From: Ignavibacteriota bacterium
Lineage (GTDB): Bacteria; Bacteroidota; Ignavibacteria; UBA10030; CAVZMI01
Assembly (NCBI GenBank): GCA_963776275.1
Contig: CAVZMI010000021.1
Span: 128,001-192,000, forward strand
Direction of reading: 5' to 3'
Length of the DNA stretch: 64,000 bases
Below are positions 20,933 to 31,548 of the stretch, one piece after another. The notes below the pieces were generated by a model. It had not been told where the DNA came from. It saw nothing but the letters and a program-made list of their open reading frames with translations, and did not search any database. Positions within the stretch are counted from its first letter, which is position 1, and every line of letters starts with the position of its first letter. The position numbers were made by a program, and so were the translations under genes.

Positions 20933-22930
20933 TTACTCCTTCGTCCGATGTAAAAGCGACTTTACAAGAATTTCAATATCGAGCGTCAACGACTGGTTTT
21001 TTGCATAATACAGATTGTACCGTTCTATTTCTTCACGCGTTGTTATACTTCGGGAATTGATCTGCACCATTCCGGTCAGTCCGGCTTTTCCAAGATAGAA
21101 TTCTTTCTTGTCGGTGTGTAAATTTTCGATTCCAATTGTTATTGGGCGACCGACAAAACTGTACGTTCCGCGCAGGACGAGAGGTACATTGCAGATTGCA
21201 GTTGCAAAGGCCGATAAATCTTTCGATCCAAGCAACTTCTTTAAATATACAAAAGGGTAAATCGAAATCAAAAGAAAAATTGAGAAAAGAAGGTCGAAAG
21301 TCCTTTTTGTAATGCGGTTGATGGGTTTATCAATATTATAGTCGATTTCTACCAGCGGAATATCGTCAAGTTGGTCGATATGTGTTTTGCCGATAATTAC
21401 TTCGAGGTTATTGGGTACGAGCCGGAAATTCACCGAGCGCTCTCGACTACGTCCAATCACCGAGAGGATGTCGCCATAGGAAAGTGCGTCGGTTGAGAAA
21501 ATTACATCGGTCACTTTCGCTTCACGAATGACTTTGCCTATATTGTCGATACTCCCGGTGATCTCAACACCCGATACCTTTTCACCCAGCCTCTGACGAT
21601 TGATATCGATGAATCCGACGACATCGTATTCATCATCCGCATGAAGACGGATTTTTCGAAGTACTTCCTGCGCCGAAGAGCTTGTCCCCACAATCAGTGT
21701 GCGCCGGCCAAAGAACAATCTTTCACCGCTTCGACTGAGCAATCGGAGTAACAACCGCCATCCAGGCAAGAATAGAAGATTTTCAATAAATGAGATCCCT
21801 GTCACGGCTCTACTGAATCCGAAACCTTTGAAGAAAAAAACCAAGGCCGAGATGATGGTAAATCCGATCACCACAGCGCCCAATGTCCGCGAAATGGCAT
21901 GCCGCCGTTCGGTATATACACCAAGAAAATACATCGCCAGGACAAGAATCATCGGTGGGACGATATAGATGATTGGATAGGCATAATTTGGAAATGTCCA
22001 TAGCCGTCCCATCCAGATGAGTTCCCCGATTATTTGTGAAATATCGATCAGGATGATGTCACACAGGGGGATAATGCTGTTGCGAAATGCTTTCCATAGA
22101 AAAGCAAAGAGCGTGCGAATCACAATGCCACTTCTGAGAAGGGAAAGGCTGAACCAGGAATTGCTGAGATGTTTCCTGACAAATAAATGCATTGCCTGAT
22201 AAAATATCCTGATTTCATCAAGGTCGCTCCGTTTTGTGCTCTCGCCTTTATAATGTACTATTTGCGTCGAATGAACGTAAAATATTTTCCATCCTGCTTT
22301 TTGAATCCGATAGCACCAATCCAGATCTTCTCCATACATGAAGAATTCCTCATCGAGACCGCCGACCGTTTCAAAGATCCGACGCCGCAGCATCATAAAA
22401 GAACCGCTGATCGCATCAACCTCGTATGTTTCTTCAGGATTAAGATATGTGAGATTATATCGACCTAACAACCGGGAATTGGGAAAGAGCGAAGACAGAC
22501 CGATTATCTTTGTGAATGCAATTAATGGCGTTGGGAAACTCCTCCTGCATGCGATCTGGAGTGTTCCGTTAGGATTCAGAATCTTGCAGCCGGCCATGCC
22601 GACATCGGGATTCTTCTCAAAAAAGTCGACCATTACCTGGAATGTATTTTCCTGAACGATTGTATCGGGATTAATCAGTAATAGATATCTCCCTACCGCC
22701 CGCTGAAGGGCAATATTATTCGCCCGGGCAAAACCGATATTAATCTCGTTCAAAATGAGCTTCACCCCTGGAAACTTCGACCTGATAAGCTCAACACTTC
22801 CATCGTCCGATGCATTATCGACGACAAAGATTTCATGACGAAGATTTTCGGCGGCTTTCGAAATCGAGACAAGCGCGTTATCGAGGAACTCGCGGACGTT
22901 ATAGTTCACTATAATAATCGAGAGATCCAT
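20933..22930 (-). CDS. GT2 glycosyltransferase fused to TM, CoA-binding and degenerate sugar-transferase domains
   Basis: [28 protein letters not shown]; C-half resembles WcaJ ([17 protein letters not shown]). Confidence 0.88.
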   Translation of the reverse strand: MDLSIIIVNYNVREFLDNALVSISKAAENLRHEIFVVDNASDDGSVELIRSKFPGVKLILNEINIGFARANNIALQRAVGRYLLLINPDTIVQENTFQVMVDFFEKNPDVGMAGCKILNPNGTLQIACRRSFPTPLIAFTKIIGLSSLFPNSRLLGRYNLTYLNPEETYEVDAISGSFMMLRRRIFETVGGLDEEFFMYGEDLDWCYRIQKAGWKIFYVHSTQIVHYKGESTKRSDLDEIRIFYQAMHLFVRKHLSNSWFSLSLLRSGIVIRTLFAFLWKAFRNSIIPLCDIILIDISQIIGELIWMGRLWTFPNYAYPIIYIVPPMILVLAMYFLGVYTERRHAISRTLGAVVIGFTIISALVFFFKGFGFSRAVTGISFIENLLFLPGWRLLLRLLSRSGERLFFGRRTLIVGTSSSAQEVLRKIRLHADDEYDVVGFIDINRQRLGEKVSGVEITGSIDNIGKVIREAKVTDVIFSTDALSYGDILSVIGRSRERSVNFRLVPNNLEVIIGKTHIDQLDDIPLVEIDYNIDKPINRITKRTFDLLFSIFLLISIYPFVYLKKLLGSKDLSAFATAICNVPLVLRGTYSFVGRPITIGIENLHTDKKEFYLGKAGLTGMVQINSRSITTREEIERYNLYYAKNQSLTLDIEILVKSLLHRTKE

Positions 22931-23650
22931 TTATGAAAGTCTTCCAATCAGACTATGCCACTTCAGTTTCCAGACCATGAAAATAGCCTCGTACACAATT
23001 TTCTTCGACATCTTTGAAACACCGACCCGACGATCTTCAAAAATAATTGGAATTTCGATCATCCTGAATCCTTTTTTCCATGTTTTGAAATTCATCTCGA
23101 TTTGGAAGGCATAACCGTTCGAGTGGATCGCATCGAGGTCAATATTCTCGAGAACTTTTCGACGGAAACATTTGAAACCGCCTGTTGCATCTTTAATTGG
23201 CATTCCGGTAATGATCCGCGTATAAAGATTCGCCCCATAACTGAGTATTAATCGTTTAAGCGGCCAATTGACAACAGTGACACCGGTAAGATATCTTGAG
23301 CCAATGACGAGATCATAATTCCGGATCTTTTGAAGAAAATTCGGGATTTCACGCGGATCGTGGGAAAAATCAGCATCCATCTCAAATACACAGTCGTAAC
23401 CATTAGTAAGGGCATATCTGAATCCGGCAACGTATGCCGTCCCGAGCCCTTTTTTCCCCTCACGTTCAATCAGGCTGATCCGGTTGTTCGCCGTCATCAT
23501 TTGCTTGACGATCGAGCCTGTCCCGTCCGGTGATGAATCATCGACAACAAGCACATGGAGCGACGATTCGACGGAGAGAACATCATCAATAATCTTCTGG
23601 ATATTATCCGCCTCATTAAATGTGGGTATGACTACAAGTGCTTTTTCCAT
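22931..23650 (-). CDS. Polyprenol monophosphomannose synthase (DPM1-like GT2)
   Basis: VIPTFNEADNI, VDDSSPDGT, EMDADFSHDP, DATGGFK, GYAFQIEM. Confidence 0.92.
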   Translation of the reverse strand: MEKALVVIPTFNEADNIQKIIDDVLSVESSLHVLVVDDSSPDGTGSIVKQMMTANNRISLIEREGKKGLGTAYVAGFRYALTNGYDCVFEMDADFSHDPREIPNFLQKIRNYDLVIGSRYLTGVTVVNWPLKRLILSYGANLYTRIITGMPIKDATGGFKCFRRKVLENIDLDAIHSNGYAFQIEMNFKTWKKGFRMIEIPIIFEDRRVGVSKMSKKIVYEAIFMVWKLKWHSLIGRLS

Positions 23651-23661
23651 TTTTCTCACTA

Positions 23662-24789
23662 TCAATTGTAATTGTCAGGAGTACGACGCATGCCAGAAAA
23701 TTCCTTGATAGCATCCGTTACATATACCAGTTGTTCATCAGTAAGTTCCGGATGAATTGGAAGAGATATCACCTCTGCCGCAATCTTTTCAGCCACGGGG
23801 CAGGCTCCCTTCCCGTATTTGAGATGAGCAAATGCCGGCTGCAAATGAAGAGGAATCGGATAATGGACTGCCCATGGAATTCCCTTTGTCTTCAAAAACT
23901 CTCCCAGGCCATCACGATTCTGAACTCGCAGTGTATATTGATGATAGATATGTCGGTTATATGGTTCCACATATGGCGTAATGACCTGTGCTCCACGAAG
24001 AAGGTTATTATACTTCCCAACGATTTTCCGCCGGCCTTCATTCCATTCATCAAGATATTTCAATTTCACGTTGAGAATTACCGCCTGGATTGTGTCGAGT
24101 CGGCTGTTGACACCCAGTATTTCATGTTGATATCTCACCCGCGATCCATGGTTGCAGATCATCCGCATTTTCTGACACCAAGTTTCATTATTCGTTACCA
24201 TCATACCCGCATCGCCGAATGCACCAAGATTTTTACTTGGAAAGAAGCTGATTGTTCCAATATCGCCAATTCCCCCGGCTTTTCTTCCTTTATATGTTGC
24301 TCCGACCCCCTGAGCATTATCTTCGATAACAGCAATTTTGTGCTTTCGGGCGATTTCCATTATCGTATCCATTTCCGCCGCCTGTCCGTATAGATGCACG
24401 GGAATGATTGCTTTTGTTTTCGGAGTAATTGCAGCCTCAATTTTAGACGCATCAATGTTATATGTTCGTTCGTCAATATCGACATACACCGGCGTTGCCC
24501 CGAGCAGTACAACCGTTTCCGCCGTCGCTACAAATGTAAACGGCGTTGTGACGACCTCGTCTCCGGATTTGATATTTAATGCCATCATCGCGACCTGTAG
24601 CGCATCAGTACCCGAAGCACATGCCACTGCATATTTGACGTCGAGATAGCTTGCAATGGCATTTTCAAGTTCTGCGACCTCTTTCCCGAGGATAAAATAG
24701 CCGGAATCAAGCACCCGCTGAATAGCCGAATCGAATTCAGATTTATGTTTTTTATACTGAAGTTGAATATCTGTCATTGGTACGATCAT
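23662..24789 (-). CDS. DegT/DnrJ/EryC1/StrS family sugar aminotransferase
   Basis: SGTDAL, PVHLYGQ, EDNAQ, SFFPSKNLGAFGDAG, NSRLD. Confidence 0.95.
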   Translation of the reverse strand: MIVPMTDIQLQYKKHKSEFDSAIQRVLDSGYFILGKEVAELENAIASYLDVKYAVACASGTDALQVAMMALNIKSGDEVVTTPFTFVATAETVVLLGATPVYVDIDERTYNIDASKIEAAITPKTKAIIPVHLYGQAAEMDTIMEIARKHKIAVIEDNAQGVGATYKGRKAGGIGDIGTISFFPSKNLGAFGDAGMMVTNNETWCQKMRMICNHGSRVRYQHEILGVNSRLDTIQAVILNVKLKYLDEWNEGRRKIVGKYNNLLRGAQVITPYVEPYNRHIYHQYTLRVQNRDGLGEFLKTKGIPWAVHYPIPLHLQPAFAHLKYGKGACPVAEKIAAEVISLPIHPELTDEQLVYVTDAIKEFSGMRRTPDNYN

Positions 24790-24841
24790 CGGTCTTCCCT
24801 TGTGTGATAAATATCAGTTAATAAGTGATATGTCTTTCCCA

Positions 24842-25311
24842 AAGGAAAAATTAAAAATTATAAAGGAAAAAGTATTACATGACAAACACAAATTATTATT
24901 TCTTTGGTGAAATATTTCTCGAAATCTTCGACGTTATTGATCCTAATATCAACATTAACTCTTTTGCCTCACCTTGGATTTCTTTGATATCATCATTATG
25001 TTTGTTTTCAATCGCGGCTATAATTTTTATCCAATAGTTTGCTTCTCTAATTTCCTTCAAAGCGATATTGAGTTTATTCTTAAAATCTGCTCGCGATGAC
25101 GCAGCTTGAGCTTCCTCATAATTCGCTCCTACTGATGTTATAGCTTTGATCAGTTGATGCTTTATATCCCGTAATTCGACATCATTTGGTAATTTCCGGA
25201 GAAAAAGAATTACTCTGATTGTGAAATCAAATATCCTTTTATCTAGGTCTATGTTCATACATACATTGTAAACTTTTATAATTTTTAATTTTTACTTTTT
25301 AATTTTTCCTT
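24842..25311. repeat. Inverted AT-rich heptamer-repeat arms bracketing the four-helix-bundle gene
   Basis: Left aaggaaaaattaaaaattataaagg (about 24842-24866) matches the reverse complement of right ttttataatttttaatttttactttttaatttttcctt (about 25274-25311). Confidence 0.75.
24896..25258 (-). CDS. Four-helix-bundle protein (23S rRNA IVS-protein/Avd-like family)
   Basis: QLIKAITSVGANYEEAQAASSRADFKNKLNIALKEIREANYWI signature. Confidence 0.93.
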   Translation of the reverse strand: MNIDLDKRIFDFTIRVILFLRKLPNDVELRDIKHQLIKAITSVGANYEEAQAASSRADFKNKLNIALKEIREANYWIKIIAAIENKHNDDIKEIQGEAKELMLILGSITSKISRNISPKK

Positions 25312-25315
25312 GCTT

Positions 25316-26755
25316 TTACGCATGCCCTCTCCCCATCAACATGACATAGATCGTATTCAGAATGATTTTAATATCCATTCGAAGCGACATATTTTCGATA
25401 TAGAACAGATCGTACTGCAATTTTATTTTTACATCCTCGAGCGATTCATCATATTTATGCTTTACCTGAGCCCAGCCCGTAATTCCCGGACGGACCTTAA
25501 GTCTTCGCGGGTAGAGCGGAATTTCTTTCGATAATTTTTCGACAAAAAATGAACGTTCCGGCCGGGGACCGACGAGGCTCATATCACCCTGAAAGACATT
25601 AATGAACTGTGGGATCTCATCGAGATGTGCTTTTCTTAAAAACCACCCGAATGTCGTTACACGTGGATCTTTCTTTCCGGCCCACTGCGGGCCATATTTT
25701 TCTGCATCGCCCCGCATCGATCGGAATTTATAAATAATGAATTCCTTTCCATCTTTTCCAACACGTGCTTGTTTGTACAATACCGGACCCCGTGAATCGA
25801 TCTTGATGATCAGAGCTATGATCAGCCAGACCGGGAATCCGATGACAAGAACGCAGGATGAAAAACCGATATCGATGAGTCTTTTGAGGCTTTGTTCCCA
25901 AGGTGGCATGATTTCCGGCATAATTTCGATCAGCGGAAATCCATATATCTGATTCGTCCTTGCCTGACCGCTGATGATATCGTACATATCGGGCATTATT
26001 TTAATGCCGACATACTGCTCATCGCTATATCGGATTACTTCAAGCAGCTTCTCATGCTCGGTTGATTCAAGAGCTACGATTAATTCTTGAATGCGAAATT
26101 TCTTGATCAAGACAGGAAGGTTCTGCAGCACTCCGACAATACGTATATTTTTGTACGACATAATTTGTTTTCGTTTATCTGTGCGGACAAAACCGACGAT
26201 TGTATACCCGAGTGCAGGGTGCTGCTCGATCATATCGTACATATTTTTTGCCTTTTGAGACCAACCGATGATTAATGAACGGCGTAACCCAATACCCGCC
26301 CGAAGCAGGCGACGTTGAACACTCCGAATAGCGAGCCGACCGCCTCCGACAAAGAGCAGCATGATACCCCAGTAGAGCAGGATTAGCAGTCGCGAGATAG
26401 CCGGAGAGTTATTTGAAGTATCATCGATAAAGATGAGGAAAAAAAGGATTACGATTCCGATTGTGATGGTCTTGAATAAAAGCGCAAACTCGTCGAAGCG
26501 CGACTTTGCATACCAGGGACGGTAGAGTCCGACAAATGTGAAGAGGATCAGCCAGTAGCAATAGATGACGATCATCGGTACCCAGAGTTCCGGTTCCACA
26601 ACGTAGGCGATCCAATTCGATTCGATTCGTATGAGGTAATAGGCCACCCATGCGATGTTGATGGTCAGGAAGTCGATGAAAAAAAGCTGCAATTTATCCC
26701 GGAGTATTGTCATTTCAGTGTAATATAACAAGATTTTTTTAAGGAATCGAGACAA
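25316..26755 (-). CDS. Priming polyprenyl-phosphate sugar phosphotransferase (WcaJ/WbaP-like)
   Basis: KRLID, YKFRSM, DPRVT, LDEIPQF, MSLVGPRPE, PGITGWAQV; start could be ATG 26713. Confidence 0.93.
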   Translation of the reverse strand: MSRFLKKILLYYTEMTILRDKLQLFFIDFLTINIAWVAYYLIRIESNWIAYVVEPELWVPMIVIYCYWLILFTFVGLYRPWYAKSRFDEFALLFKTITIGIVILFFLIFIDDTSNNSPAISRLLILLYWGIMLLFVGGGRLAIRSVQRRLLRAGIGLRRSLIIGWSQKAKNMYDMIEQHPALGYTIVGFVRTDKRKQIMSYKNIRIVGVLQNLPVLIKKFRIQELIVALESTEHEKLLEVIRYSDEQYVGIKIMPDMYDIISGQARTNQIYGFPLIEIMPEIMPPWEQSLKRLIDIGFSSCVLVIGFPVWLIIALIIKIDSRGPVLYKQARVGKDGKEFIIYKFRSMRGDAEKYGPQWAGKKDPRVTTFGWFLRKAHLDEIPQFINVFQGDMSLVGPRPERSFFVEKLSKEIPLYPRRLKVRPGITGWAQVKHKYDESLEDVKIKLQYDLFYIENMSLRMDIKIILNTIYVMLMGRGHA

Positions 26756-27015
26756 TATGCTTACGATGAGGCTTTAGCATATACCTACCCCGTAAAGGGA
26801 CGAGAGAATCAAAGCAAGATGGTAGGAACACCAAATCCTCGCCTATGTCAGAGAAAAAAACGTTCGAGTATGACGTGAAACCATAACCCTTTATCGTTCT
26901 ACTTAGTATCGACAAAACCGTTCAAACGATTCCTTTTACGAAGGATTGATTCCGTAATTCACGGATAAATCTGTGTGTTTGTGCAATCCTATTACTTTCA
27001 ATAGTGGTGAAAAAT

Positions 27016-27179
27016 AAACAGGGGCAACAGATATATTGTATTGCACAAACCCATAACTTCAGTCATGGGTTAAAAATCTTAGCAATGAGATTCAGTTAAA
27101 CCGTCTCTAATTTATCGACATGTGCTACTATTTGTGAAAAAATATTTGTACCCTTATATTATCTATGTTGCCCCGGTTT
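27016..27179. repeat. Short inverted-repeat-bounded (MITE-like) segment enclosing a REP-like palindrome
   Basis: aaacaggggcaaca at 27016 and tgttgccccggttt at 27166-27179; internal aacccataacttcagtcatgggtt at about 27048-27071. Confidence 0.45.
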
Positions 27180-27273
27180 GTGGGTTTTCTCTTTCCGCTT
27201 GCTTTTTAACGCTGCCACGTTCCGGAGTTCATTACACGAGTAATAGCCAATTCAATTCGGTTGAAGGAATACC

Positions 27274-28968
27274 ATGAAAACGATTTACCAATTAACGATA
27301 CTTACTTCGGCATTGTTTTTTTTGCACGGATATGGGATTGCACAACAGGATCTTATTCCGAGCTCCCATCCCGTCTACCGCTATCTATTCAGGCAAGAGA
27401 TTCACAATACCATCGAGGGATTCAATTGGGGTATGCTTCCTTTAAGCCGTCACGAAATTTTATCATATCTCGATTCGCTTCGCGATAGAAATGCACAAGG
27501 AAAAATCCATCTGACGTCCACTGATCAACAATTACTCAAAGAATATAGATCAAATTTTCTGATGCAAGGACCAGAATTCGACTCGACAACAACATCATTT
27601 CTCTCCAATCCGGATTTTTCAACACTATTTGAAGACAACCAGCAAAAATACCTTTACAGGTATTCCGATTCGACGGTATCGCTGACTGCCGACGGCTTTG
27701 GGTTTCTGACACGCCGAATGGGCAGGGGCGATTCTATCGGAAATCGGTTTGCGTCACTCGGTGAACTCGGCTTTCGTCTTCGAGGAACGTTTCATAACAC
27801 CCTTGGATTTTATCTGCAAGCATCGAATGGAGCCCTATTGAATGGTTCGCGCGACTTTGCTACTCAGTTCGATAACCATCTGGCCACAAATCGCAAATTC
27901 CTTTCGTCCGAAGCCAGGTATTTCGATTATACGATCGGGTATTTACGATATGCGAACAATTGGCTTTCATTGACTGCTGGCCGTGATCAGATTTTATGGG
28001 GAATGGGGTATGGAGACCGTGCCGTGTTCTCGGATAATACGGTGCCGTTTGATTTCTACAAAATAGACATCACCCATGGATCCTTCCATTACTCTTTTTT
28101 GCACGGGAGTCTTGTTGGAGCAAATACGAGCGGTTATACGTTGTCGTCGAAATATATCGCTACTCATCGCGTGGAGTTTTCTTTGGGATCCCGCGTCCGA
28201 CTTGGTTTCAGCGAGATAGTACTCTATTCCAATCAGCCGATGAATTTCGCCATGATGAATCCATTCATTTTTCTGACGAGCGCCGAACTATCGTCCGAAC
28301 TGCCGCAAAAAGACGACAACAGTCACAATACATTGATTTTTATTGATGCTGAAGTGCATCCCTTCAGGGACCTACGCTGGTTTGGATCAATGTTAATTGA
28401 TGATATGAGTTTTTCCTACGTCGGAAAATCAGATATCAAAGCGAATACAAACAAATTCGGATGGCATACAGGAATCTCTATCTATAATCCCCTTTCAATT
28501 TCTGGTACAACATTTATCCTCGAATACACCCGTATCAATCCATTCGTCATGACACATTGGACCAACGTGAATTCTTATACAAATTGGAATTTATCTCTCG
28601 GAAGCTCGGTCCAACCGAATTCCGACGAGTGGTTGTTCGGTGTTGATTGCGATATCACAGCACGACTCTTCTTGACGAGCAGAATCAAAATCCAACGAGC
28701 GGGTGAAAATATTTATGATAGTCAGGAGAACGTCATTTTCGATGCAGGGAGCGATCTCTTGCACGGTTCCGGTCATCTTGATCATCCTAATAGCTTTCTT
28801 GAAGGTGCTAGAGTGAACCGGTCGATCGTATCGCTCGGGATTTCCTGGCAGGTGGTCAGACAATATTACATCGAAATGAATTATTTCCAACGCTTCATTC
28901 ATTATACGGCGAATGATCGACGGATGAGCGATTCAATTCTATGGCTCACCATGCGTCTCGATTACTAG
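27274..28968 (+). CDS. Capsule assembly Wzi family outer-membrane protein
   Basis: Signal peptide, HPVY, PLSR.EI, GRD...WG.G, KYIATHRVEF, beta-barrel-type ending in Tyr. Confidence 0.8.
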   Translation: MKTIYQLTILTSALFFLHGYGIAQQDLIPSSHPVYRYLFRQEIHNTIEGFNWGMLPLSRHEILSYLDSLRDRNAQGKIHLTSTDQQLLKEYRSNFLMQGPEFDSTTTSFLSNPDFSTLFEDNQQKYLYRYSDSTVSLTADGFGFLTRRMGRGDSIGNRFASLGELGFRLRGTFHNTLGFYLQASNGALLNGSRDFATQFDNHLATNRKFLSSEARYFDYTIGYLRYANNWLSLTAGRDQILWGMGYGDRAVFSDNTVPFDFYKIDITHGSFHYSFLHGSLVGANTSGYTLSSKYIATHRVEFSLGSRVRLGFSEIVLYSNQPMNFAMMNPFIFLTSAELSSELPQKDDNSHNTLIFIDAEVHPFRDLRWFGSMLIDDMSFSYVGKSDIKANTNKFGWHTGISIYNPLSISGTTFILEYTRINPFVMTHWTNVNSYTNWNLSLGSSVQPNSDEWLFGVDCDITARLFLTSRIKIQRAGENIYDSQENVIFDAGSDLLHGSGHLDHPNSFLEGARVNRSIVSLGISWQVVRQYYIEMNYFQRFIHYTANDRRMSDSILWLTMRLDY

Positions 28969-29073
28969 TAATGATGCAATTCAATGATTGAAAGGTACCA
29001 GCATTCTAGAACTTTCTCATTCATTAACTTTTTACCTTATTGAGAATGGGTCAATCTTGATGGGAACTACGGG

Positions 29074-30063
29074 TCAATTTTCTACGGAATTTACAATGGA
29101 ATGATCTCTTTGTTCTAAGTACCAATTGACAAATTTGGAAATACCCTCTTCCATGGTATAGGGAGGTCGAAATCCCAAAGAGAATATTAATTGTGCCCGA
29201 TGACATGTCGACGTATTAAATTTCCGTATTCGTGCTGTCGTAATTGGAATATCTTTATGAGTCAAGTAACCAATTATATCAAAAATACTTGCACATCCTA
29301 TCGCTGCCCAGGTGGGAATCTTCAGAGTTGGCATTTTCACACTTGCTTTTTTTGCTATCAATTCAACTAATTCTCTTGTTGTTCTTTGCGGCTCATCGGA
29401 ATAGTTATAAGTACTGACTCCTGGTTTCATCAATGAAAGTAAAAATATTGTTGCTTGAACGAGATTTTCAACATAGGCTATGGATTTGATATTTAAACCA
29501 TCTCCAATCCAATAAAAACGTCGATCGCATACTTGTTTTACAAGGCGGAAAATATTTGCTTGATTGTGGGGACCAAAGACAACGGCAGGTCTGATAATAG
29601 AAACCTTTCGGTCATTATTTTCTTGAGCCCATGCGTGAATCAATTTTTCAGCTTCCCATTTAGAAATACCGTAATGATTGTTGGGAGAAGGTACGGTCTC
29701 ATCGGAAGATGGTTGATGAGTACCGTACACTGCAACTGAACTATAAAAAATGAATTTTTTGATGTCCTGCTCTGCTGCAATATCGAGCAGCACATGTGTT
29801 CCTTCAACATTTACTTTATAATATTGGTCTTGTGTAATTCCAAAATCTTTATGTTCTGCTGCGAGATGGACGATGCAATCAACTCCGGAAGTAACTTTTC
29901 GAACGACATCTTTATCTAAAATATTACCTTCAACCTGTACAAAGTTCTTTAGAATATCCGTACGCGGTCTTATATCAAGTCCCCGAATACTATATTCTTT
30001 CTCGATAAGAGCGCTTGTCAGATACCGCCCAATAAATCCAGCATTACCGGTTATAAGTATCAT
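29074..30063 (-). CDS. NAD-dependent epimerase/dehydratase
   Basis: ITGNAGFIG, HLAA, SSVAVYG, YGISK. Confidence 0.92.
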   Translation of the reverse strand: MILITGNAGFIGRYLTSALIEKEYSIRGLDIRPRTDILKNFVQVEGNILDKDVVRKVTSGVDCIVHLAAEHKDFGITQDQYYKVNVEGTHVLLDIAAEQDIKKFIFYSSVAVYGTHQPSSDETVPSPNNHYGISKWEAEKLIHAWAQENNDRKVSIIRPAVVFGPHNQANIFRLVKQVCDRRFYWIGDGLNIKSIAYVENLVQATIFLLSLMKPGVSTYNYSDEPQRTTRELVELIAKKASVKMPTLKIPTWAAIGCASIFDIIGYLTHKDIPITTARIRKFNTSTCHRAQLIFSLGFRPPYTMEEGISKFVNWYLEQRDHSIVNSVEN

Positions 30064-30120
30064 CTAACCCTTTCAAAGATTTTGTCGACCGAGCGAATCA
30101 TCGTAATTTGGAAAAAAGGA

Positions 30121-31293
30121 TTAAGAAAACTTCATTTCCCTTGAAAATATTTCTCCTATTATCGACCATGTATGGTGATCCTGTACCCATTGTCTGGCTT
30201 TTTCTCCGACGGCCTGCCTTTTTTTCTCATCATCAAACAATTGAACGACAGTTTCCGCATAATTATCAATATTTTTTGCAACAAGATAGTGTTCCCCGGT
30301 AATAGCCCTTATACCATCGGCTGCTATGGGTGTCGTTACGACCGTCTTACCAAGAGCCATGGCCTCAAGGATTTTATTTTGCATGCCTGCTCCAATTCTC
30401 ATCGGGGCTACAACAACTTTTGATTTTCCCAGTATCGCATAAGGATCCTCAACCCATCCCGTGACTTCAACCCCCGGTAACGCCGAAAGGTCTCGAACTC
30501 GCCGTGTTGGCGCTGCACCCACAATAAGGAAACGTGCATTGGATCGTTCTCGGCGTATCAATGGAAAAATATCTCTCGCAAAATAGCAAGCGGCATCCAC
30601 ATTTGCTACCGTATCCATTTTCCCGATAAAACAAATTGTATCCGTCTTATCCTCCTCATATTTTTTTTCGAGGAGTGCATTCGATACTGCGACAGGAGCT
30701 ACAATAATTTTATTCGGATCGCATCCCTGATGAACGAGAAACTCTTTATCACGGCCGGAAACAATAAATGCTTTCTGATATTGCTGTGTCGCTTTTCGTT
30801 CACAATTCTGTACGCGTGACTTCTCATATTGATAAATGAGTTTCCAAAAGCCTATAGATTTAGTTAAGGCTTCCGAATAGTTAAAAGAGATAGCATCATG
30901 AAGGTCTATCCATTTGGGAATAACTCGATTTTCAATATATGGCGACATCCGAATATGATTGACAATAATACCATCGTATTCGCTGAGATGCTGATCAAGC
31001 CATGAGTTTACTGCAGCGAACTTGTAATATGCGACTTGAAGTGCCTCTCCTTGTAACAATCCGCGGATTGCATTCAAGGAATATCTTAATCTAGGGTAAG
31101 GAAATACGATGACGTGACGAAAGACTTTTTGCACCTGTTCAATCATATCCGGATCAAGAGCACCTTCGTGGAGCGCAAGCAGATCAAGATTGTGATAACG
31201 GGAGAGATATTTACCAAAATTAAAAATTCTTATCCGATCTCCACCCACGAGTGGGTACGGCAGTCTTGAGCTTATGACAAGAATATTGTTCAT
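30121..31293 (-). CDS. GT4 family glycosyltransferase
   Basis: PYPLVGGDRIR, FIGKMD...N.DA, GAGMQNKILEAMALG. Confidence 0.9.
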   Translation of the reverse strand: MNNILVISSRLPYPLVGGDRIRIFNFGKYLSRYHNLDLLALHEGALDPDMIEQVQKVFRHVIVFPYPRLRYSLNAIRGLLQGEALQVAYYKFAAVNSWLDQHLSEYDGIIVNHIRMSPYIENRVIPKWIDLHDAISFNYSEALTKSIGFWKLIYQYEKSRVQNCERKATQQYQKAFIVSGRDKEFLVHQGCDPNKIIVAPVAVSNALLEKKYEEDKTDTICFIGKMDTVANVDAACYFARDIFPLIRRERSNARFLIVGAAPTRRVRDLSALPGVEVTGWVEDPYAILGKSKVVVAPMRIGAGMQNKILEAMALGKTVVTTPIAADGIRAITGEHYLVAKNIDNYAETVVQLFDDEKKRQAVGEKARQWVQDHHTWSIIGEIFSREMKFS

Positions 31294-31548
31294 AAAAGAA
31301 TGGGCTTTAAGAGTATCAACTATATCTCACCAGTAAATCAAATATTCCACATTTTTCTTTCATCGATATTTTCTGTTGAAAAAAAACAGCCCCATCTCGG
31401 TTCATCCGCTTAGTCTTTGGGAAGGTACGGCACATTTCATTTTTATTTGATATTGCATAGTCTTGTAATCACTAATATAATAATGTTAGTTTACATTCTA
31501 ATAACCAAACCAACAATACAAACTTCATCCTAAGATATTCAAGACTAT

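Noticed and set aside
11155-25258. Diversity-generating retroelement (Avd-like four-helix bundle plus near-identical repeats)
   Set aside because: No reverse transcriptase in the window; the repeats are in-frame tandem domains differing mostly at synonymous sites, not adenine-specific TR/VR pairs.
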